A stretch of 53,071 nucleotides of DNA, from positions 1 to 53,071 of IMG/VR virus record IMGVR_UViG_3300021976_000019; one strand, given 5' to 3'. This stretch comes from a virus (taxonomy: Duplodnaviria > Caudoviricetes). The notes beneath the pieces were generated by a model. The model ran no database searches and was not told the DNA's origin. It saw only the letters and a program-made list of their open reading frames with translations. The first letter of the stretch is position 1. Each line of letters starts with the position of its first letter. The position numbers and the translations under genes were made by a program. This document shows, piece after piece, positions 9,001-16,445 of the stretch.

Positions 9001-12000
9001 TCACCGTTGATCCCGGTTTTCACCGCGGTCGGCTTGGAGGTCTTCTTCTGCTCCGTGCTACCAGGCGGAGTGATCAGGCTCATCATGTACTCGCCGACCT
9101 TCAGAGCTACGTCGGCGTTGGAGAGCCACTGCATCGCGTCCCACTCGATCGTCCCCTCGGGGAGGATGTCGAAGGCGTGATCCTTGAGAACCGACGGGTC
9201 TGAGGCGTACTCCGAGTCGTACCAATCCACCATCTCGTTGGCGAGATTCTCAGCTGTTGGGTTCTCCTCCGTTTTGATAGCGAGGTAACCCATCCACTGA
9301 GGGACGCCATTCCAAAGCCCGGCCTTGATGGCGCCGATCGGGTCCTCGGGCAGGCCGTCCCCGGTCTCCGAAGCGGTCGGCGTGCGGTACTGACCCTGCT
9401 GGTCCTTGAAGATGATCAGGTCCGCGGCGTCGGGCATCTCCTGCAGCAGCGTCTTGGCCTTGTTGGAGACTTCGGAGACTTTGACCGGATGCCCCTGCAG
9501 GATCTTGTTCAGGTCGACCAGCTCCTGGCCGCTGAAGCTCTCCTTGGGCGGGATCGATCCCTCGTTGTTCTCCAGCTGCTCCCACAGCGAATCGGCGAAG
9601 GTGAGTCCGGCCTTCTTAGCGTCGGCCTTGGTCACGAAATACGGCGCCTTGTAGACCTTGCCCCAACCCTGGTTCGCATCGGCCAGAGCGCCCTTGATGC
9701 CGAAAACCTGGAGCCCCATGAACTGACTGTCCGCAGTCTTGTAGAGCGGAACCTTCATCGTGCCCGCCAAGTCCTCCCAGCCCTTTGGCACGAACAGGTA
9801 GCCGAGATTCGACTGGTAGACCTCCATCCCCGGCGTCAGGGGGAACTGGCCCTCGGGGGCATCGAAGGTGAGCGCGCTCTCATTCCAGATCCCGCTCTTG
9901 ACCAGGTGGCCGACGACCGCGGGCAAGTCCAGCTCGTCGTAGTTCTCGTTGAGCTTGGCCAGGACCTTCTGGGCCTCGGGTGGGATGGTCTCGGCCATCG
10001 GGCCGTAGATGGCCTGAATTTGTGGCGAGAGGAGCGTGTCCTTGTCCCCCACGTCGACCACAGACTCGGTGCTCAGAGCCTGTTGGACGGCATTCCAGAG
10101 CGTCTGAGAGGTGTTCGGAGGCGGATCATCGGGGAACGGTGCCGGATTGACCGAGTTGGCCGGGGTCCAGGGATCACCGTTCTTGGCCGCGACCGCGTCG
10201 GAGACCTTGGACAGCAGCTGGCCCTTGATCGCCTGCTTCTTGTAGGCCTCAACCGCCCAAGAGTTGAGCTGCTTGTTGGGCGCGCCGAGCTTGTGCAGGG
10301 CGTACTTCTTCATGGCGTCCACGTCGAGGAAGGCCGCCCAGTCATCGCCCTGCTTCTCCAGGTACTGCTGGTACTCCTCCTTGGTGGCGTTGAACGGATC
10401 GCCACCGAAATCCGACTCTGACTCGACCGCGAACTTCCGCTCGCCCAGCGCCTTCGTCAGATGGTTCTGCAGGTACTTCATGTCGAAGTCCCAGGTCACC
10501 TTCTTGCCCCAGATGAAGCCGTGGTTCACGACGTAGTCGGGGTTGCCCCCCGCGTTGTACTCCTTGGCCGCGAGGACCATCCCCTGCAGCTCCTTGAGCC
10601 TGCTCACCATCTTGGTGATCTTGCTCTTCTGAGCCGTGGGCAGACCCAGAGTCTTGTCCTTCTTGGCATTCTCCAGCGTGGCGATGCCGTTGCTCACCGC
10701 GTCCAACATCTCGTCGGAGCCGAGAAAGCCCATCGCGGTCTGGCCATCTGGAAGGTTGTAGTAGCCGGGCAGCAGGCTGTACTGGTGACCCTCCATCGTC
10801 ACGTGCATCGCCTTGGCGATGTCGGCGAAGATGCCCTCGTTGTTGGTGTGCCAGCTCGAAGTCTTGATGTACGCCTCGACCGCATCCTCGTCGCCGAAGA
10901 GCTTGCCGACCTTTCCCGCAGGCACGTCCTTGGCGGTTTCCTTAGGGGCGGACTTCTTCGGTTCCTCCTTGGGCGGGGCAATGACGACGGACGAAGTCTT
11001 CTTCTTGGCGTCGGAGGAGTGGTGGGAGAAGTGGATCTCGAAGACTCCCAATCCCAGCTCGGGGACTGTGTTGATCTTGGTGGTGGCACCAGTCTCATCG
11101 ACCTCGCTGAGCGTGTACTCACCGTCGAGCTTGGAGTAGACCAGCTGCTTGGTCGCGAAGTCCGACGGAACGGTGACGACGGTCCCATCAGGCTGACCCT
11201 TGAGCCACTGACGGAACTCCTTCGGGCCAATTGGCACACCACTGTCGGACTTCGCATCAGTGGTGGAGTAGGCCACGTAGAGCTGCTTGATGTTGTGCGT
11301 TTCGAGCCCATCGCCCAGGATGTCATCACTAGCCCACGTGCCATCACTCTGCTTGCTCACCAGCTCGAAGGCACCACCCCCCACCGGGACATTGAGGTAG
11401 TCACCCGGCTTGGCCGCGGTCATCGCCTCGTCGAACTCGGCGAGGTTCAGCGTGGACAGATCCTTGTCTGTCACCTTGAACTTGACCTGCTCCGACTTCG
11501 GCGCGCCGTCGAAGACCTCGTGGTAGTTCGAGGGCTTGAGGTTGGTGCCTGCCTTCTGCTTCTTGCCCTTCACGTCGATCTTGTAGAGCATGTCGCCCTG
11601 GTCATTGACCACCAGGTAGGAGTGCGCCGTGAAGTTGTGCTGGAGCAGCTTCTCGTTCTCGCCGATCGTCACCTTCAGACCAGACGCCGGGTGGGTGAAC
11701 GTGTTGCCCTTCAGGAAGTCGTTGACATCGGGCAGCGCCTCGGCCGCCGGGTCGAAGGTCTCGGAGTTCAGCTCAGTGGTGTAGATCGTCTTGTAGTTGG
11801 ACTTCGGGATGTGCGGCGACCACTTGTACTTCTTGCCATGCTTGTTGACCTGGAACTTCTTGTTTCCTTGGGAATCAAGGATTGCGAACGACTCGGACGT
11901 GATCTTGTGCTGGAGGACCTGGTCACCCTTCTCCAACGGGAAGACAGTCTTGCTGACGGGATGGGTGAATCCCTCAGGGGAGATCAGCTGGCTGATCGCA

Positions 12001-14009
12001 TCCTTGCCCGCGACCGAGGTCAGCTCGCCATTGGGTTCGGGAGCGTCCAGCGGGTTGGCCGCGGTCAGCTTGTTCTTCTTGCCCGGCACGGAGACAGGCT
12101 CCGCCTTGATCGGAGTGAACTCCGGCTTCTCGCCCAGCTCGGTGATCTTGAGCCCAGTGGGAGGGTTGACCTCGTACCCCGCCTTCTCGTGCCACCAGAC
12201 CTTCGGGCCGGTCTTCTTGAGCTTGGAACCCATCTGGCTCTCAATGACGGTGCCGACCGGGAGCGCGTCCAGCTCCTCCTGTGTCTGGGGCTTGTCGCCG
12301 ACCTGGAGACCCTTAGGCTCGTCCTTCTTCGTGGACTCACCGAACTGCTTCTTGAGCAGATCCATCGTCTCGTCGAAGAGCTTCTTGGACTGCTCCTTGA
12401 GCGGAGGCGTGGGCTCGTCCACGACATCGTTGAAGTCGAACGGGTCTGGCTTGTCCTCGTCCTTCGGCTGCTGGACCTGGAAGAACTCACCGTCGTCCAA
12501 GAAGTCGAGCAGACTCAGGGAGGTGTCAGTGATCCCGTTGGGGCCATTATCGAGCCACTTCCCACTGTCTTGCTTGGTCCAGCTCTTGTCGAGATCCTCC
12601 TGCCGGACAACAGTGCCCACCGGGAAGGCGTCCAAACCCTGGGCACTGTCAACCTTGCGGGCCGCGGCCGCCGATGGTGCAGGCGGCGGAGTTGTGTCGG
12701 GTGCCTTCTTCCAGGGGTCCTCGGTCGGATTTGCCCAAGGATCAAGCCACGGGTCGACGCCCGTGTAACTGTGTGGATGGGCCGCTGGCGAGTCCGCGTC
12801 ATCCAGGCCGGTCTGGACCGGAGCAGGGTCGACCGTGCCTGGAGGTGGCGTTGCCCAAGGGTCGTCCAGCAGTTGCTTCTCCCAGTCCTCCATCGGCTCC
12901 GGCTGGGTCTCCACCGCCTCGACGTACTTGTCGGCTTCCTCGATCTCCTTCTCGGTCGGCTCGTCCTCGGACTTCTCACCGTCAGTTGGGTTGATCTGCC
13001 AGATGCCCTCGGAACCGTCGGAATCGGCTACAAGATCAGCGCTGGTGACCGTGAAGTCCTTGGCGTGTGTGCTCTTCCACAGGCCGTTCTCACCCTTGGT
13101 GTACTCAGCGCCCAGCCCGTACTCAGAGTCCTCGTAGACCACCTTGGTGCCCTCGGGGAGCCGGTCTGCGACCGCGGTGTTGAACTCGGCATCGGTGTAG
13201 GTCTTAGGCATCGGCGTGTCTTGGGACTTTGCCTTGCCCCAGATCGACACCGCGGGCGTCTCGGGGGCGTCCTTGCTGGAGGTGACCAGCGGCTTCTTGC
13301 TGAGGGGCTTCTTCTCCTGGTCAGGCGCGTCGGGGGCCGCGGTCTCCTTCTTGCCACCGACCTTGAGCAACTTCAGGTCGGCCGCGGCCCAGACACCTGC
13401 ATCAACACCGCCAGCGGAGACCCAGTGCCCGTCGCCGTTCTTGGTGAGGGTGTCTCCGCTCACCGCCTGAGTCTGTGAACCGGCGGGGAGGAAGGCCATC
13501 TGCTGTGCGGTGACCGGGTCGCCGACTTTGGCGCTGGTCAGGCCTTTCTTAGCCTGAGCCTCATCGTTGCCGGGAACCTCCACCGCGGGGGCGGAGTCGA
13601 CCTGGACCCAGGTCTTGTTGTTGAAGTACTTGTCGGCGTACTTGGCTGCCGTAGTGGTCGGCTGGTACTTGGTCTTCGACGGGTAAGTGGTCCAGCTGCC
13701 GTCGGGGTGTCGAACGTAGAGGTTCCCTACAGGAGTCTTCACCGCAATATCGCCGGGCTCCAGCTCGTAGTCGATCTCGACCTTGCCGGGGGAGGTGAAC
13801 TTCGCCTTCTTGTTGTGCCCGAACAGGAAGAGGCCGAAGCCCTTCTTGACGAAGTGCCCCTTCTGATTCCGCGGGTGAAGGATGGGGTCCCAGATCTCCC
13901 CTTCCTTGGTGTAGACGATCCCGGCCAGCTTGACCTCGTCCTTATCAGTACCGTTGTGGGACGCGTGCTTGGAGAGCTTGGTCAAAGTCTCCAAAGTCTT
14001 CGCGTTCAC
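6084..14009 (-). CDS. giant multidomain protein with HipA/PI3-PI4-kinase-like domain, probably virion-associated
   Basis: 2641 aa; N-terminal WDPILHPRNQKGHF motif; kinase motifs GGG-x-K, YMVK, EHAA, DWAISNHDTH and IDLG at about 8590-8980; repeated LPxGT...KxxxGxW modules. Confidence 0.7.
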   Translation of the reverse strand: MNAKTLETLTKLSKHASHNGTDKDEVKLAGIVYTKEGEIWDPILHPRNQKGHFVKKGFGLFLFGHNKKAKFTSPGKVEIDYELEPGDIAVKTPVGNLYVRHPDGSWTTYPSKTKYQPTTTAAKYADKYFNNKTWVQVDSAPAVEVPGNDEAQAKKGLTSAKVGDPVTAQQMAFLPAGSQTQAVSGDTLTKNGDGHWVSAGGVDAGVWAAADLKLLKVGGKKETAAPDAPDQEKKPLSKKPLVTSSKDAPETPAVSIWGKAKSQDTPMPKTYTDAEFNTAVADRLPEGTKVVYEDSEYGLGAEYTKGENGLWKSTHAKDFTVTSADLVADSDGSEGIWQINPTDGEKSEDEPTEKEIEEADKYVEAVETQPEPMEDWEKQLLDDPWATPPPGTVDPAPVQTGLDDADSPAAHPHSYTGVDPWLDPWANPTEDPWKKAPDTTPPPAPSAAAARKVDSAQGLDAFPVGTVVRQEDLDKSWTKQDSGKWLDNGPNGITDTSLSLLDFLDDGEFFQVQQPKDEDKPDPFDFNDVVDEPTPPLKEQSKKLFDETMDLLKKQFGESTKKDEPKGLQVGDKPQTQEELDALPVGTVIESQMGSKLKKTGPKVWWHEKAGYEVNPPTGLKITELGEKPEFTPIKAEPVSVPGKKNKLTAANPLDAPEPNGELTSVAGKDAISQLISPEGFTHPVSKTVFPLEKGDQVLQHKITSESFAILDSQGNKKFQVNKHGKKYKWSPHIPKSNYKTIYTTELNSETFDPAAEALPDVNDFLKGNTFTHPASGLKVTIGENEKLLQHNFTAHSYLVVNDQGDMLYKIDVKGKKQKAGTNLKPSNYHEVFDGAPKSEQVKFKVTDKDLSTLNLAEFDEAMTAAKPGDYLNVPVGGGAFELVSKQSDGTWASDDILGDGLETHNIKQLYVAYSTTDAKSDSGVPIGPKEFRQWLKGQPDGTVVTVPSDFATKQLVYSKLDGEYTLSEVDETGATTKINTVPELGLGVFEIHFSHHSSDAKKKTSSVVIAPPKEEPKKSAPKETAKDVPAGKVGKLFGDEDAVEAYIKTSSWHTNNEGIFADIAKAMHVTMEGHQYSLLPGYYNLPDGQTAMGFLGSDEMLDAVSNGIATLENAKKDKTLGLPTAQKSKITKMVSRLKELQGMVLAAKEYNAGGNPDYVVNHGFIWGKKVTWDFDMKYLQNHLTKALGERKFAVESESDFGGDPFNATKEEYQQYLEKQGDDWAAFLDVDAMKKYALHKLGAPNKQLNSWAVEAYKKQAIKGQLLSKVSDAVAAKNGDPWTPANSVNPAPFPDDPPPNTSQTLWNAVQQALSTESVVDVGDKDTLLSPQIQAIYGPMAETIPPEAQKVLAKLNENYDELDLPAVVGHLVKSGIWNESALTFDAPEGQFPLTPGMEVYQSNLGYLFVPKGWEDLAGTMKVPLYKTADSQFMGLQVFGIKGALADANQGWGKVYKAPYFVTKADAKKAGLTFADSLWEQLENNEGSIPPKESFSGQELVDLNKILQGHPVKVSEVSNKAKTLLQEMPDAADLIIFKDQQGQYRTPTASETGDGLPEDPIGAIKAGLWNGVPQWMGYLAIKTEENPTAENLANEMVDWYDSEYASDPSVLKDHAFDILPEGTIEWDAMQWLSNADVALKVGEYMMSLITPPGSTEQKKTSKPTAVKTGINGDLIQIPYLNLGGGRPKAFYTDADGIRYMVKPDPFDPFRPDTEHAAMEVARLFMPNTPQSSVRDIDGEYSHVQSMIDASTDFTGKSYSDLTEDQLVEAMSSHTIDWAISNHDTHAGQFLLTKDGDVVKIDLGQAWKALGSDKLEVGYYLKGNFGANWYEDFYKSVQAGKVDKETLDKVAKAALKRAYAISNRHDDTWRENLEFAFKNRPYYPPGMTRETFTDLAMQRKQDTFDDFLKFYEDLYSDGGYDFPFEDASFRTSKTETDAHLDLSEEFASEVKQNKAYGKSLFFSSNQIEDAHAFFYTTQSAKKTDTLRGELKLRGQADSDVESWLKAQKPKTSTATTPTYGGTLTYTTNAQNALVAFAKTVSVHAADGKYTQSTVNTATEQMNDLKLTQAAILNSLSKDPMFVQKGGGAGVPTFQSPHEQQAWLRWSGEMIGHFEKVTEAMNSYTAAPQVPSTAPKYDPPKGIDLQGKPKVVETITGPDGSTLSKYSNWGFTDSSDKAVTEDLYESTKKSSGWTAQKPDTQESVTNHTGKKYEVVATGFSTPHTSGADAEGNSTDQLSTAAYGSNSYEITSPDHPGVRLHYTPHSATDNGSNFTNAGRLQVEVRDWDGSTDQMDKAMELVRDMGVDLSPADETSLERTYWEQMAGVLGSRKLKAKWTKVRDAINQLDPNVPDDTRIVQLREAFAGGWGKETVDNADWTPKFSEHRNHLSSNDSTLSGRPYWMRPDFDVETAKDANGGFTPSRTDGSSIYLTAGVYSANEEKIRFTGLWGKDSNSPDSDRDGGSGQFAFFRQGVEQGYSGIYAEPHVLARTTNYAFAEDSYGRASKRAGNAPFDLEDSYNQGSGGGGGYQNSSNELMVKYSASLFDDIAVVKTGDEGTRQQLIKFFKDRGVNEIRGLPIEERIVHGKEQVRKTLDKVWDFAKISQELQKKNRGAAIGTVKTWEGKQYIKRANGQWVPVGTTEVKKSG

Positions 14010-14422
14010 GCGCTCACCTTAGCAGCGCGGGACTGAAAATCCTGGTACAACCGGGGGACCGCCAGGACGCAGGCAGTGACCAGAGCCAGTGCCATGATCC
14101 CAGCGAAGGCTCCAGTCTTGTCGGCGTCCGGGCCAGCCAGTGCCTCGTACAGCGGACCGATGGAGAAGACACCCCAGGAACCAGCCGCAAAGATCAGGGC
14201 GACCGCTCGCACGTAGACGTGCCAGGAGACCAGGACGAAGACCCCCACGACGAGAAAGACGACCCCCCAGGCCTGCTGACCGTTAAGTCCTGGCGCCCAC
14301 GCCATCAGCTGGAACGCGCCGGTCAGGGCCCGGCTGACAAGCTGATAGGTCTCACCCAGGAACGAAAGGCCGACCAGGAGGCTGATGATGCCGACGAAGT
14401 GGTGGACCCGGAACTTCTCCAT
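14006..14422 (-). CDS. four-TM membrane protein (holin-like candidate)
   Basis: 138 aa with four hydrophobic segments, next to a peptidoglycan-binding protein. Confidence 0.5.
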   Translation of the reverse strand: MEKFRVHHFVGIISLLVGLSFLGETYQLVSRALTGAFQLMAWAPGLNGQQAWGVVFLVVGVFVLVSWHVYVRAVALIFAAGSWGVFSIGPLYEALAGPDADKTGAFAGIMALALVTACVLAVPRLYQDFQSRAAKVSA

Positions 14423-14424
14423 GG

Positions 14425-14679
14425 TTACTCTTCCAGCTGGATGTGGAGCTTGGCCGCAGTGAGTGGGCCGACGAAGCCGTCAGCCTTGAGGTTCAGCTTG
14501 ATGTCCTGGTAGCTGCGGACCGCGGCGATCGTCTCAGCGTCGTAGACACCGGTCTCCTTGACCTGGATTCCGTAGTGTCTGGCTCGACGATTCAAGACGC
14601 GCTGGAACTCCATGATGTCCGTTCCGCTGGTGCCTTCCGCCTGCAGTCGATGTGCCACGAATCTCCTCCACCAGAACAT
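14425..14679 (-). CDS. stand-alone peptidoglycan-binding domain protein
   Basis: GTSGTDI...FQ-x-xL, TGVYD-x-xT-x-xAV-x-xYQ and ADG-x-VGP-x-T match the PG_binding_1 pattern. Confidence 0.75.
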   Translation of the reverse strand: MFWWRRFVAHRLQAEGTSGTDIMEFQRVLNRRARHYGIQVKETGVYDAETIAAVRSYQDIKLNLKADGFVGPLTAAKLHIQLEE

Positions 14680-14735
14680 CCCGCTCCTTCCGACCCAGAG
14701 CGGAATCTTTGCCTCCCGAGCCCGCCCTCACCGGA

Positions 14736-15203
14736 TCAGTATCGGCGGCTGGAACGTTTCTGCGAGACCCGTCGGTGTGGCCTGAAACGGATTTCCAGGT
14801 CAGGAATGACGCTGACCTTCAGCTCCCGGAGAACGGTATCCGGGAACAGCGCGGCACCGAGTCCCTCGACCCTGCCCCAGTCATCGACCGCGAAGTGGGA
14901 ACTGGCCCAGAACCGGGCGCTCTCCTCGTGGTAGTTCTTCTCGGTCACCGAGGTAGCGACCCAGGTCTTGTTGCCGCGGTGCCAGGCCGGAGCCTCGGGA
15001 TCGGTCTTGTGGCCGGGCCGGATGACCTGCCAGTGACCGGGGTAGGCGCCACGGGCCGGGAGCCACTCGATGTAGACGCTGAGCAAACCGCGCTTGCGCG
15101 CCCAGAGCGCCAGGTCCGCAGGCATCACGATTCCACGGGACATCAGCGCCTGACGGTTCGCCTTGTCGCGGAACCGCTCCCTGACCGGCCGGAACTCAGA
15201 CAT
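14736..15203 (-). CDS. hypothetical protein
   Basis: Likely start ATG at 15203, overlapping the upstream TGA; Trp-rich. Confidence 0.55.
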   Translation of the reverse strand: MSEFRPVRERFRDKANRQALMSRGIVMPADLALWARKRGLLSVYIEWLPARGAYPGHWQVIRPGHKTDPEAPAWHRGNKTWVATSVTEKNYHEESARFWASSHFAVDDWGRVEGLGAALFPDTVLRELKVSVIPDLEIRFRPHRRVSQKRSSRRY

Positions 15204-15553
15204 CAATCCTTCTTGCGGGCCTTGTTCTTCGCCTTCAAGGCTTCCCAAGAAATCAACGCAGCCTGGGCCTTCGCTCGGGTGTCCGGGTCAACGTCTCCCC
15301 TGCCGGAGGCCCAGCGCTTAATAGCTCCAATCGCGAGCGCGATAGCCCGTGACAGCGGGACGCCCCGCTTCTTCTCAATCGATCGCGCGATCTCGCGGAC
15401 GTATCCGGGCAGCTCACCGCTCTCTTCAACCCAGTTCTTTTTGGGTGAGCGGTCCAAGCTGGCTCGGCTGCCCAGCTCGACGATCAGGTCGCGGTCGTCC
15501 TGGGTCAGTGAGAGCAGGTCTTCCAGCTGCTCAACTGCACTGTTCTCGGTCAT
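15203..15553 (-). CDS. hypothetical phage protein
   Basis: 116 aa, GAGGAGG RBS; NWVE-x-xG-x-LP and AI-x-xWA-x-G motifs. Confidence 0.65.
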   Translation of the reverse strand: MTENSAVEQLEDLLSLTQDDRDLIVELGSRASLDRSPKKNWVEESGELPGYVREIARSIEKKRGVPLSRAIALAIGAIKRWASGRGDVDPDTRAKAQAALISWEALKAKNKARKKD

Positions 15554-16221
15554 GGGGCCCTCCTCGTTCCAGCAGTATCGACCAGCGCGTCGTACTCCTC
15601 CTGTGTGAAAGCTTCAAGCCAGCACTGACACGAAGGATGAAGGGGTGGCCCAAAAAGACCGCCATAGATGCGGGTCCAGCCGACCTTGCGGGCCTCGGCC
15701 GCAAACGACCTTCCAACGGGCAGAACGACCCCGTGGAGGGCTCGGCAGTAGCTGCAGGTATTCGGGGCCAGCTGGGACACCCAGCGCTTGTACGAAGCTC
15801 TCAGGCCCATCCACTCGACCTGGCGACGGAGCCAGTCGAGGAACCACTGAATCCGCAGCACGATTCGAGATCCCCAGACCTCATGTGGGGTCGGGTCCTC
15901 ACGCCACTCGCCGATCCGCGCATCGTTGAAGGTGATGTCCTCGCGGAACTTGGTCAGCGTCAGCGCGGTGTCACGACGCATCGCGCGGCCAGCTGCAACC
16001 GGGAGCGCTCCGGCGACCACGATCACCGCAGCGGAGGCGTCGGCCAGCCACAGTTCGACCGCGGCGATGGCGTCACGCACGTCGGATCGCTCACGCAGCT
16101 CGGTGGCCGTCTTCTCGGGGTTGTTGATCACCACCAGCCGGAGCAGTGCAAGCGCGTCGGGGAGACTCTGGCCTTCTGGTTCGAGCGAATCCACCAGGGC
16201 CAGCAGCTCTTGGGGGTCCAC
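15550..16221 (-). CDS. MuF-like minor head morphogenesis protein
   Basis: CSYCRALHG and PPLHPSCQC, the MuF/SPP1 gp7 signature. Confidence 0.75.
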   Translation of the reverse strand: MDPQELLALVDSLEPEGQSLPDALALLRLVVINNPEKTATELRERSDVRDAIAAVELWLADASAAVIVVAGALPVAAGRAMRRDTALTLTKFREDITFNDARIGEWREDPTPHEVWGSRIVLRIQWFLDWLRRQVEWMGLRASYKRWVSQLAPNTCSYCRALHGVVLPVGRSFAAEARKVGWTRIYGGLFGPPLHPSCQCWLEAFTQEEYDALVDTAGTRRAP

Positions 16222-16445
16222 TACAGCGCCTTGCTCCCCAGAGCCTCACGGAACTTGTCGAAAGCGTCCCGCTCCAGCGCCTTGCGGCTATCGAACTCGT
16301 AGACCAGATCGTTCTCCTGGTCCGGCCGCGGCTCATCATGGCGCTCCGCCCGCATGGCGTTCAGCGGGATCTCCTCGGGAAAGGCGGCGCAAGTCGCCGG
16401 GCTCATCCTCAGCGCGCACGAATCGCAGATCATCGGAAGCTGCAT
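16221..16445 (-). CDS. small Cys-rich protein
   Basis: 74 aa, CxxC...CxAFPxxIP...H..P; translationally coupled to the 1076-aa gene. Confidence 0.65.
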   Translation of the reverse strand: MQLPMICDSCALRMSPATCAAFPEEIPLNAMRAERHDEPRPDQENDLVYEFDSRKALERDAFDKFREALGSKAL

